Below are positions 24,863 through 33,439 of a DNA stretch of 37,546 bases, piece by piece. This stretch comes from Candidatus Hadarchaeota archaeon (GTDB lineage: Archaea > Hadarchaeota > Hadarchaeia > Hadarchaeales > Hadarchaeaceae), in NCBI GenBank assembly GCA_964564905.1, contig CAZMCI010000004.1:1-37546 (forward strand), given 5' to 3'. The notes under the pieces are model-generated. The model worked only from the letters and a program-made list of their open reading frames with translations. It was not told the DNA's origin and ran no database searches. A program made the translations under genes and the position numbers. Every line of letters starts with the position of its first letter. The first letter of the stretch is position 1.

Positions 24863-25204
24863 CTACGGGATTAAATGCGAGAGCACCAGTACGGAGAACA
24901 CGAAAACAACTCCCGCTGTCAGGAATCCGGCGGCGATCCCAAACTTGGGGAGCGTGACATACAGCGCAACAGCAAAGAACACATTTGATATCATTGCAAG
25001 CACTATCCCACGGGTCATCTCAGCGGCAGATTCGAGCCCATTGCGGAGGTACTCCAGAAATACCACCCCGCTGGTCCTGATTGGGGCACCAGCCAGTATT
25101 CCACCTGCAGTTGGACCGAGCAGCGATGCTACGAGCAAGGCCCCAGCAACGAGCAAACCGCCGAATAAAAAGTCAAACACGACGGTTCTGATGGTTGATT
25201 TCAT
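24863..25204 (-). CDS. Small integral membrane protein (4 predicted TM helices, DUF3147-like)
   Basis: 113 aa, glycine/alanine-rich hydrophobic helices. The family call is tentative. Confidence 0.5.
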   Translation of the reverse strand: MKSTIRTVVFDFLFGGLLVAGALLVASLLGPTAGGILAGAPIRTSGVVFLEYLRNGLESAAEMTRGIVLAMISNVFFAVALYVTLPKFGIAAGFLTAGVVFVFSVLVLSHLIP

Positions 25205-25300
25205 GTTTGCCCCAATTCAACTTTTGACGATGTCGATAAAACATTCACGTTCGATATTTCACGAGTCTATTTTTAGGTAGGAGCACAAAATTAGTTTGGG

Positions 25301-25825
25301 TTGAGCGTGGAGAGACTTGCTGATGTGGATGTCGAGGTGAAACAGGGAGACCTCACGAAACAGGTCGCGGACGCTATCTGCAATCCAGCCAACAGTCTGA
25401 TGTACATGGGCGGCGGAGCAGCTGGGGCGCTAAAACGAGCGGGAGGTGAGGAGATCGAGCGAGAAGCTTTAAAGCATGCTCCGGTTCCGGTGGGGATGTC
25501 GGTGGCAACGGGTGCCGGGAGACTAAAGGCCAGGTGGGTGATACATGCACCGACGATGGAACGCCCGGCGATGCGGACGACCAGTGAGAAGATACGCCGA
25601 GCAACGTTTTCCGCGCTGAAGACCGCCGACGAGGTTGGGGCAAAAAGCCTTGTGCTCCCAGGTATGGGCACCGGGGTCGGCGGGGTTTCTCCGAAGACAG
25701 CAGCAGAGGCCATGATCTGTGCATTAAAAGATTTTGCGCCGGGGTCAAAATCACTAAAAAAAGTACTCCTGTGCGACTTGAGCGGAGAGATGGTGAAGGC
25801 CTGGCTGGAGGCTTTGTCACAGTGA
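25301..25825 (+). CDS. Macro domain protein (ADP-ribose binding/hydrolase, Af1521-like)
   Basis: ICNPANSLMYMGGGAAGALKRAGG, VIHAP and PGMGTGVGG motifs. TTG/GTG start region. Confidence 0.85.
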   Translation: MSVERLADVDVEVKQGDLTKQVADAICNPANSLMYMGGGAAGALKRAGGEEIEREALKHAPVPVGMSVATGAGRLKARWVIHAPTMERPAMRTTSEKIRRATFSALKTADEVGAKSLVLPGMGTGVGGVSPKTAAEAMICALKDFAPGSKSLKKVLLCDLSGEMVKAWLEALSQ

Positions 25826-25853
25826 TCCGACTCGAGGGTCAGGTAGAAATAAA

Positions 25854-26135
25854 ATGACGATAAAATTTGCAGAGTTCAAGGCTCCGAAAGGTGTGGTCAA
25901 AGTTGAACTTGAGCTTCTCAATGAGAGGATATCTCGAATATCCTTTAGCGGTGATTTCTTCATGTATCCCGAGGAGGCCATCGAAAAACTTGAGGAATCT
26001 TTAAAGGGAGTGAGAGCCGATGAAAAGGATCTGAGAGCAGTCGTGAAAAAATTTTACACCTCAACCGGCACGAAAACGCCAATGCTGGAGCCAGAACATT
26101 GGGTCAAAGCCATCTTACAGGCGGCGGGTAAATGA
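25854..26135 (+). CDS. lplB: Lipoate-protein ligase C-terminal domain protein (LplB-type)
   Basis: 93 aa. KVELELLNERISRISFSGDFFMYPEEAIEKLEESLKG matches the LplA C-terminal accessory domain. ATGA overlap with lplA. Confidence 0.8.
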   Translation: MTIKFAEFKAPKGVVKVELELLNERISRISFSGDFFMYPEEAIEKLEESLKGVRADEKDLRAVVKKFYTSTGTKTPMLEPEHWVKAILQAAGK

Positions 26136-26890
26136 AAAGATGGAGGATATTGCCTCTACGGATCGATGACGCCTTTATGAGCATGGCAATCGACGAGGCG
26201 TTGTTGAAGTTGAACTCGGAGGGAAGGTCTCCAAATACACTTCGTTTTTGGCGCTGGTCACCATCGGCGGTATCTCTCGGATGTTTTCAAAGCGTTGAAC
26301 GTGAGGTAAACCTGGGTGTGGCAAAAGAATATGGTGTGGACGTGGTGAGACGAATTACCGGGGGAGGGGCCGTTTTTCACGATCAAGACGGCGAGCTGAC
26401 CTACAGCGTTGTGTGCGGACAAGATGATCTCCCCCTTGATATCATCGAGTCCTACAAGCTCATATGTGGAGGACTAGTGCATGGGTTTCAGAAACTTGGT
26501 CTACAAGCTGAATTTAGACCAGTGAACGATGTTCAAGTTGGTGGGAAAAAGATTTCAGGCAGCGCCCAGACACGCCGATGGGGCTCGGTACTCCAACATG
26601 GGACCGTGCTCATCTCTCCAGACATACACAAAATGTTTGAACTCCTGAAAGTTAGCCATGAAAAAATATCTGACAAATTCATAACCTCGGTTTTTGAACG
26701 GGTGACGACAGTGGAGCGAGAGCTTGGGCGAAAGCCGAGTTTTGAGGAGATACGTGAAGCAATGATTGCTGGATTCGAGGAGAGTTTGAGTGTGAAGCTG
26801 GTAAAAGGGAAGCTGACCGAGGAAGAGCTGAAGCTGGCAGAAGAACTCAGACCAAAATATGCGTCGGAAAAGTGGTTAAGAAAGAAATAA
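26132..26890 (+). CDS. lplA: Lipoate-protein ligase A catalytic domain
   Basis: RRITGGGAVFHD, GELTYS and GKKISGSAQ (catalytic Lys) motifs. 252 aa with no C-terminal domain, i.e. a split ligase as in Thermoplasma. Confidence 0.9.
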   Translation: MKRWRILPLRIDDAFMSMAIDEALLKLNSEGRSPNTLRFWRWSPSAVSLGCFQSVEREVNLGVAKEYGVDVVRRITGGGAVFHDQDGELTYSVVCGQDDLPLDIIESYKLICGGLVHGFQKLGLQAEFRPVNDVQVGGKKISGSAQTRRWGSVLQHGTVLISPDIHKMFELLKVSHEKISDKFITSVFERVTTVERELGRKPSFEEIREAMIAGFEESLSVKLVKGKLTEEELKLAEELRPKYASEKWLRKK

Positions 26891-26904
26891 GTAGTTGTTT
26901 TCCC

Positions 26905-28578
26905 TTATAGAGATGCAATAGTAAAGAAATACCAGATGTAATTCTCTCCGATGCTGTTCCATGCAAGGTCCATCGCTTCTTCTCCGATCGTCACACCATA
27001 TACAGTTTCAGGCATCAGGTTTTCTGTAGGGGTGAAGATAAGCGTGTTTTCGCTCCAGCTAAACTCGCCATCAACCTCAGGAAAAACTGAGAAAGCAGAT
27101 TGTGTGGCTGTTTTGCTCATTCTTTCGCTAAAAGTCACGGTTATAGAAGTAGAAACTGGCACATTCTCTTCTCCATTTTCTGGATGGGTAGATACCACAC
27201 TAGGAGTAATGTTATCCTTCACCCGGGAGGATATCCATTCTTGAGGATTTTCGACGCCCTTTCCACTACAAGGCGGGTATTGATTCGGCAGGTTTGTTTC
27301 AGTCCATTTTTTGAAAAATTCTTGATTTTGAAGAGCTGCGTCCTTTTCTTTGGCACTTTTGATGGCTTCCTGCCACAATTTTGCCCATGAGATGTCTCCT
27401 TTTTTAAAGTTCTCAGCCAAAGCCTCCATATCTTCGACCAATCCACTTACGGCTTCTAACCCCATGTCATCAGGGTTTAGATCTGGGCTGGCATCACCAT
27501 TTTCCACAGCCTCACGGTATTTTCCGAAAGTGGTGTTTTTGTGGTCCAAATCCCCCCACCCCATGCTGTCATTATCGGTGGAAGTATAGATTATCTCAAC
27601 TTTTTTATCCCATTTTTTCAGGGCTTCTATCCATTTGCCGGAATAACAAGCAGCCACGGTTACAGAGATATGCACACCATTTTCGAATTTGCATACCCAT
27701 TTGGAAAATTTCTCAGGAGTAAGCATGAATCCATCTACCATTTCAATAGCTCCATCGTTTTCCCTTCCGTGCCCAGTTATGTAAATTGAAAAGTTTTCAC
27801 ACGGCTTCAGCAGCTTTGAGAGACTCTCCATAACATTTTCAATATTGTTTTCTGTGGGCCTATTTTCTTCATCACCCCAAAGCTCGAGATGTGTGACGTC
27901 GAACCCAAAAACGTTTTCCATTAGATAGTGCCATTCGCCAGCCGATGTTGGGATGTCTTGATTGAAACCCGGCTCACCCTCGATTATCAGGGCTCGGTTT
28001 CTACTGGTGCTATTATTACCTGAACCGGTTAGATTTGGAGTCCTGACGAAACTTGCCATAACAGTAGAGTGGTTTTCGATGTACGTTGAGTACACCCAAT
28101 ACTGTTTGTTCCAGTATTCTTCCGATGATCCCCATAAGTCTGTCCTGTTGAGTTGTGGCCACCAGCTTTCTATCTTGATCTCATATTCTCCGGTCAAAGC
28201 GTTAATGAACACGTATCTAGTTGGGTGTGAAAACATAGCGTATGGGAAGTCGTTTATCCAGAAAAACCAAGTGTTCTCTTCTATAGTGTAAACATGTTCC
28301 GGAGCACCGTGCGAGGAGATGTTGTCTCCGGCTTTCAACATTTGTGGCCATAGAAGAGCGACTAGATCGTGATTCAGTTCTCCAGGCTTTATAACGTTTT
28401 CAAGCAGGATTTGCGTGGCATTTTCTGCAGTGAGCAGAGGTACAGCGATTTTCTCCTTTACCGGTTTTGACATTATAATGTAACTTATTCCCATAACCAC
28501 AACCGAGAGTACAATAATTCCCACACACAAGACAACGAGTCTCACCAGTTCACACTCATCAATCAATCTTGTGACCAC
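26905..28578 (-). CDS. Membrane-anchored extracytoplasmic protein with a clan-CD (legumain/caspase-like) Cys-peptidase-like core and a C-terminal Ig-like domain
   Basis: N-terminal TM LVVLCVGIIVLSVVVMGISYII. His-Cys dyad context IYITGHG ... VTVAACYSGKW. The C-terminal VVSTHPENGEENVPVSTSITVTFSERM..TVYGVTI resembles an SbsA/Big-type Ig domain. Confidence 0.5.
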   Translation of the reverse strand: MVTRLIDECELVRLVVLCVGIIVLSVVVMGISYIIMSKPVKEKIAVPLLTAENATQILLENVIKPGELNHDLVALLWPQMLKAGDNISSHGAPEHVYTIEENTWFFWINDFPYAMFSHPTRYVFINALTGEYEIKIESWWPQLNRTDLWGSSEEYWNKQYWVYSTYIENHSTVMASFVRTPNLTGSGNNSTSRNRALIIEGEPGFNQDIPTSAGEWHYLMENVFGFDVTHLELWGDEENRPTENNIENVMESLSKLLKPCENFSIYITGHGRENDGAIEMVDGFMLTPEKFSKWVCKFENGVHISVTVAACYSGKWIEALKKWDKKVEIIYTSTDNDSMGWGDLDHKNTTFGKYREAVENGDASPDLNPDDMGLEAVSGLVEDMEALAENFKKGDISWAKLWQEAIKSAKEKDAALQNQEFFKKWTETNLPNQYPPCSGKGVENPQEWISSRVKDNITPSVVSTHPENGEENVPVSTSITVTFSERMSKTATQSAFSVFPEVDGEFSWSENTLIFTPTENLMPETVYGVTIGEEAMDLAWNSIGENYIWYFFTIASL

Positions 28579-28633
28579 TAAATATAATATACTATTTGGA
28601 AATTATTTGAACTATTACATGGGGCAAACTTAC

Positions 28634-28654
28634 TTACTCAAAATCATTGAGTAA
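28634..28654. promoter_or_regulatory. Perfect 8-5-8 palindrome (operator-like) in a divergent promoter
   Basis: TTACTCAA-AATCA-TTGAGTAA, ending 14 nt upstream of the GTG start at 28668. Confidence 0.4.
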
Positions 28655-28667
28655 AAATAAAAACTAG

Positions 28668-29576
28668 GTGACAAATATCCAGACCGATGCTCTTAAAGTG
28701 AAGTTGGGCTCTGACCGTACATTTTATGCCTGTTATCCCCATCCTTACTATCCAACGCTTTCCATTACCGGGGCGGGGTGCTCCCTTCAATGTAAGCATT
28801 GTGGTCGCCACTATCTCAAACACATGATTCCGTGTCCCACACCGAAACAGTTTCTCAGGACTTGCAAAAAACTTTCTTCCAATGGGGCACGCGGATTGCT
28901 TTTAAGTGGGGGCTATAACGCAGAGGGCTACGTGCCGTTTGAGCCATTTCTCGACGCGATCGAGCGGGTGAAGCGTGAGACGGGGCTCTTCATCAGTGCT
29001 CATACAGGTCTGATGCCAAGGTGGTTAATTCACGAACTCGCGGGTGTGGGTCTTGACGCGGCATTTTTTGACGTGGTTGGCTCAAATGAAACGATCGAGC
29101 TTGTGTTCGGCATCGAGAGGAAAATCACGGAGTACAAGAGAACACTAAAGGTGCTAAGAAGAGAGGTGCGGTGGGTCGCACCTCACGTTTGTATCGGCCT
29201 CCACAAGGGCAAAATAGTGGGGGAGTTTGAGGCTCTTGAAATGATTTCAGCAGTAGATATTGATGTCTTGGTTTTTCTTGTGTTCGTGCCCACTACTGGG
29301 ACGGCATTTGAAAATGTTCAAGCACCCGATCCGAGTGCAGTAAGCGAGGTGATAAGCAAGGCAAGAGAGATGTTCCCAACTATTCCTTTGACTTTGGGTT
29401 GCATGAGACCACGGGTAGCCGGGAGGATCGAACTCGAACTCGCGGCTTTGAAAGCTGGCGTCAACCGAATGGAGATCCCCCATAAGCAAACTCTTGGGGT
29501 TGCCCGCAGTATGGGACTAATTGTCAAGAGACTCGATGCGTGTTGTGCGGTGCCGGATACGATTGCGGTAGATTGA
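28668..29576 (+). CDS. Radical SAM protein, candidate LipS-type lipoyl synthase component
   Basis: GAGCSLQCKHCG (CX3CX2C) plus extra Cys residues (IPCP, RTCKK, LGCMRP, DACCAVP). 302 aa. Lies in the lipoate island. Confidence 0.6.
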   Translation: MTNIQTDALKVKLGSDRTFYACYPHPYYPTLSITGAGCSLQCKHCGRHYLKHMIPCPTPKQFLRTCKKLSSNGARGLLLSGGYNAEGYVPFEPFLDAIERVKRETGLFISAHTGLMPRWLIHELAGVGLDAAFFDVVGSNETIELVFGIERKITEYKRTLKVLRREVRWVAPHVCIGLHKGKIVGEFEALEMISAVDIDVLVFLVFVPTTGTAFENVQAPDPSAVSEVISKAREMFPTIPLTLGCMRPRVAGRIELELAALKAGVNRMEIPHKQTLGVARSMGLIVKRLDACCAVPDTIAVD

Positions 29577-29614
29577 TTTGCCGATGACGAGAAATTGGTG
29601 GGGGGAGAAACGGC

Positions 29615-31402
29615 ATGCAGAAATTAAAACGCGAAACGGTGTTGATTTTGCTAGGTTTGTTTTTAGCTTCGTCGTTGATGTTTTCGTTTGTTCAAGAGGA
29701 GCCAACGCTTGGACTCACGGATGAGATAAAGGTGGATCAAGTGGGGTATCTGCCGAGTCACAAAAAACTCGCGTTTGTGACAGGTTCAACCGTAAAACCG
29801 GGAGCAAAGTTTTATGTAAAAGAGGCGAATACAGGCACCACGGTTTACACAGGGATGTTGAGTACTCAATCGTTTGAGTGTACCGATTCCGGAGATACCA
29901 TTTATTCCGCAGATTTTTCTGACCTCGCTGCTCCGGGCAGCTACTATCTCGAGGTGGAAGGGGTTGGCAGATCATTTAATTTTGATATTCAAGATAACAT
30001 CTATAACGAGCTTTTTTATCACGCAATGCGTTTCTTCTACTATCAAAGATGCGGGATGGATTTGGAGGCTCCGTATGCCGGGAAGTGGACCCATAAAGCC
30101 TGTCATCTCAATGATGCTGTGATTCATTCAAGTGCCGTTTCGGAGAAGAGACCAGAGGGAACTTTGGTCAGCTCTCCCGGCGGCTGGCACGACGCTGGCG
30201 ACTATGGAAAAAAGATCGTGAACGCTGGAATAACCGTGGCAACGCTGCTACGATTGTACGAGATGTTTCCCGAGAGGGTTGGGACGATCAACTTGAACAT
30301 ACCCGAGAGCGCGAACTCCATGCCCGACATTTTGGATGAGGTCAAGTACGAACTGGACTGGATGCTCACCATGCAGAGACCGGATGGGGCGGTGTACCAC
30401 AATATAGTAACCTCATCTTTTGCCTCCATGGGGACTGCACCTGAAAATGATTCAGCCACCAGATATTTTGGGCCAGTTTCCTCCTGTGCCACAGCGGATT
30501 TTGCAGGGGCAATGGCCATGGCAGCGAGGATCTACGAGAATTTTGATCCTCTTTTTGCGCAAAATTGTTTGGACGCGGCAGAAAAAGCTTGGGAGCATCT
30601 GGAAAATCACCCAAATATCTTCCCCTCTGGTGGTTACACCGATCCGGAGGGAATACACGGAACTGGGGGTTATTATGATACAGATGACAGCGACGAGCGA
30701 TTCTGGGCAGCAGCAGAATTATTTAGGACAACCGGGAAAACAAAGTACAACGAATACGTGAAGGCAAATTACAGTCGTTGGGGAGGAGTACATTATCCAG
30801 AGTCTTGGCGGTACGTTAATAATTTGGGGATGTTTGCTTATGCCTTTGCTACTCAGCCTGAAGTCGATGTTGATCTCCAAAATCAAATCAGGTCGAGCAT
30901 TGTCGATTACGCTAATAGCACCCTAAGTCGCATAACATCGACCGGTTATCGTGTCGCGCTAAACTCGGACGATTATTATTGGGGCTCAAACTCCATAGCT
31001 ATGTACTTTGCCGCAGGGTTGATAATCGCCAACGAGATACAGCCGAAACAAGAGTTCATCGAGGGAGCGCTCGACCAGCTACACTATATTTTGGGAAGGA
31101 ACGCGCTAAATCATTCTTTTGTGACTGGCATGGGGGAGAATTGTACAAGGTACCCATGGCACACTTGGATTTGCAATTACCCCGGTGACCCCCCGCCGGG
31201 TTTGCTTTCCGGCGGGCCCAACAAATACAAAGCTCCCTACGACAAAATACTATGTGAAATCATCGACTCCGGAGCACCGCCAGCCAAATGTTATGCGGAC
31301 AATTGCGTGATCCAAGGCACGATAGGCACATGGGCTTCAAATGAGCCTTGTATAAGTTATAACGCACCACTAGTTTTCGTTGCAGGGTACTTTTTGACTT
31401 GA
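29615..31402 (+). CDS. Secreted glycoside hydrolase family 9 (endoglucanase-like) with N-terminal Ig-like domain
   Basis: Signal/TM LILLGLFLASSLMFSFV. CelD_N-like IKVDQVGYLPSHKKLAFV. GH9 signatures GGWHDAGDYGKK, SFVTGMGENCTRYPWH and NEPCISYNAPLVFVAG. Confidence 0.85.
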   Translation: MQKLKRETVLILLGLFLASSLMFSFVQEEPTLGLTDEIKVDQVGYLPSHKKLAFVTGSTVKPGAKFYVKEANTGTTVYTGMLSTQSFECTDSGDTIYSADFSDLAAPGSYYLEVEGVGRSFNFDIQDNIYNELFYHAMRFFYYQRCGMDLEAPYAGKWTHKACHLNDAVIHSSAVSEKRPEGTLVSSPGGWHDAGDYGKKIVNAGITVATLLRLYEMFPERVGTINLNIPESANSMPDILDEVKYELDWMLTMQRPDGAVYHNIVTSSFASMGTAPENDSATRYFGPVSSCATADFAGAMAMAARIYENFDPLFAQNCLDAAEKAWEHLENHPNIFPSGGYTDPEGIHGTGGYYDTDDSDERFWAAAELFRTTGKTKYNEYVKANYSRWGGVHYPESWRYVNNLGMFAYAFATQPEVDVDLQNQIRSSIVDYANSTLSRITSTGYRVALNSDDYYWGSNSIAMYFAAGLIIANEIQPKQEFIEGALDQLHYILGRNALNHSFVTGMGENCTRYPWHTWICNYPGDPPPGLLSGGPNKYKAPYDKILCEIIDSGAPPAKCYADNCVIQGTIGTWASNEPCISYNAPLVFVAGYFLT

Positions 31403-31776
31403 CCTTCTTCCTCGAACGCGGGGCTTCCACCTTCCACTTGTGCCACGCCCGCCGCGGAGGCACAGGTTCGCTTCGTGCTGCCGGGAGTTCGCGAGGTTGC
31501 GCATCTCCACTCTGACCGCTTGAGCCCGCTTTTTCCACATGGAGCCAGCCGGGGAGGCGGATCTCTCATGTGCACTCAAGGGCTCGGTCAGGGGAGACTG
31601 GTCATTCCCGGTCGAGCCCCTCCCCTGAGGTATAGCCCGAGGCTAGTTTGGCTTTCGTCGCCTGAAAATTGGTCCCGGTTGTTATCTCCCTTTGGGGGTG
31701 TAATCGAAAGTATTTGACCTCAATTTTGTCCACCCTTTGAAAGCAGTGGTCTTCTTGAGGTGGTTCTTATAAAGAA
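31403..31776. other. GC-rich non-coding block with interleaved complementary segments
   Basis: No credible ORF; all frames are stop-poor with P/G/R/S-rich junk. GGGCTCG 31580-86 pairs with CGAGCCC 31613-19. TCAGGGGAG 31588-96 pairs with CTCCCCTGA 31620-28. Tandem CTTCCAC x2 at 31424-37. Confidence 0.4.
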
Positions 31777-31788
31777 TTGGGTGAGTAC

Positions 31789-32784
31789 ATGGAAAAAGTC
31801 AGGCAAGAAGGAAAATCTTCAGTTGCCAAAGTGAGGGTGGCGTTCGGCACCGGGGTTGTGCTCGGGCTCTGGCGGGGGCAGCTAGAGGTACCACCAACGA
31901 CCGCACACCTTCTGACCTACCACGATGGCCGTTGCAGCGCGAACTGCAAGTTCTGTCCCCAGGCGCGCGGGAGCACAGCAGATCTAAAAATGCTGTCGCG
32001 AGTGGTCTGGCCGCATGTTGAGCTAAAAAGAGTTCTCGCAGCGCTGGGCGAAAATTCAAATGAGTTTAGGCGCATCTGTATCCAAGCACTCAATTATCCG
32101 GGGGTCTTGGGTGACATTTTCGAACTTATAGCGCGCGTGAAGAGCGTCTGCGATCTGCCTATTTCCGTTTCGTGCCAACCTCTAGACACAGAGGATATGC
32201 GGAAGCTGGCAGATGCCGGAGTCGAGCGGGTCAGCGTGGCGCTGGATGCTGCGACGCCGGAACTCTTCGAGCGCATTAAGGGTGGCGGATACACTTGGGA
32301 TGGGCATATCAAAGCGCTGAAACAAGCGCGGATCGTCTTCGGTAATTTTGTCACAACGCATCTTATCGTGGGGCTTGGGGAAAGCGAAGAAGAAATGATC
32401 AGGACAATTCAATTTTTGCACGATATGGGCATAACCGTTGGATTATTTGCGTTTACACCTGTCCCGGGTACACCCCTTTCTTCTAAGACACCTCCGGACA
32501 TCACAAGCTATCGTAAAATTCAGTTAGCTAGATTTTTGATAGTCAGCGAAAAGAAGAGGGTGGAGCAAATGCGTTTTTTGAATGGCCGCTTGACTGATTT
32601 TGGCATGGATCGAGAAGCGTTAGAAGTGATTGTGAGATCCGGTAAGCCGTTCATGACATCTGGATGTCCGCACTGTAATCGTCCATTCTACAATGAGTCC
32701 CCTCTTGGTCCTCTTTATAATTATCCAAGAAGACCAACGTCTGATGACCTCAAGGTTATTCAAAATGAGTTAGGCAATCTGTGA
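31789..32784 (+). CDS. Radical SAM protein (BioB-related), candidate LipS-type lipoyl synthase component
   Basis: GRCSANCKFCPQ (CX3CX2C), additional Cys in SVCDLPISVSCQP and SGCPHCN. ATG 31789 is preceded by GGGTGAG (the ORF is open from TTG 31777). Confidence 0.6.
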   Translation: MEKVRQEGKSSVAKVRVAFGTGVVLGLWRGQLEVPPTTAHLLTYHDGRCSANCKFCPQARGSTADLKMLSRVVWPHVELKRVLAALGENSNEFRRICIQALNYPGVLGDIFELIARVKSVCDLPISVSCQPLDTEDMRKLADAGVERVSVALDAATPELFERIKGGGYTWDGHIKALKQARIVFGNFVTTHLIVGLGESEEEMIRTIQFLHDMGITVGLFAFTPVPGTPLSSKTPPDITSYRKIQLARFLIVSEKKRVEQMRFLNGRLTDFGMDREALEVIVRSGKPFMTSGCPHCNRPFYNESPLGPLYNYPRRPTSDDLKVIQNELGNL

Positions 32785-33006
32785 ACTACTCCTAGCTTTC
32801 ACAGGGAGCTTTTCTGCTTCAGCGACGGGACTTGTTTTTGATGGGTAAAGACGAAACCTGTACGATAACGTTGACTCATCCCTCATGTATTTAGCCGGGG
32901 TTCTTTACATAGAAAAAATTCGCCTCTCATCCCTTTCCTTTCGGAAGGGGACTTCGGCGATAAAGTTAAATTTTTGAGTACAAGTTTTTTTGCGTGGGGT
33001 TTGGCA

Positions 33007-33429
33007 ATGGATGGAGAGCACCTGGTTCGCGAAGGGCTCTATTACACCCGGGAGCATGAGTGGGCCAAAGTGGAGGGAGCATTAGTCCGCGTCGGGGTAA
33101 CAGATTACGCACAGAAAAAACTAGGGGATGTCGTGTATGTTGAATTACCAGATATTGGAAAACAAATTAGGCAAGTAGCCGAGCCCAAAACAAGTGATAT
33201 GGAAATTGGAACGCTTGAGTCGATCAAGGCGGTTTCAGTTGTTTACAGCCCACTGAGCGGAGTTGTCAAAGAAGTAAATTCTTCTCTTGCGGATAAACCG
33301 GAACTTGTCAATAGCAGCCCCTACGATGATGGATGGATATGTGTGCTTGAGCCAAGTTCCCTCGAGTCGGAGCTCGAGAAACTGATGGACTCCAAAAACT
33401 ACATTGAATACATAAAAAAGATCAAGTGA
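33007..33429 (+). CDS. gcvH: Glycine cleavage system H protein (lipoyl carrier)
   Basis: VGVTDYAQKKLGDVVYVELP and the lipoyl-lysine motif LESIKAVS. ATG 33007 preferred (the ORF is open from TTG 32974). Confidence 0.92.
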   Translation: MDGEHLVREGLYYTREHEWAKVEGALVRVGVTDYAQKKLGDVVYVELPDIGKQIRQVAEPKTSDMEIGTLESIKAVSVVYSPLSGVVKEVNSSLADKPELVNSSPYDDGWICVLEPSSLESELEKLMDSKNYIEYIKKIK

Positions 33430-33439
33430 ACTGAGTTAG

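Noticed and set aside
25291-25820. 140-aa and 148-aa minus-strand ORFs
   Set aside because: Antisense to the macro-domain gene. A/P/S-rich.
31260-31717. Four overlapping ORFs (three minus, one plus) in the GC-rich block after GH9
   Set aside because: All frames are open simply because the sequence is GC-rich and stop-poor. The translations are G/P/R/S-rich, and one overlaps the well-supported GH9 C-terminus.
32931-32950. 8-bp hairpin CCCTTTCC-TTTC-GGAAGGGG upstream of gcvH as a riboswitch or attenuator
   Set aside because: It lies upstream of the likely gcvH TATA (about 32961-32973), so it is probably just a 3' structure after the preceding gene. There is no further conserved architecture.
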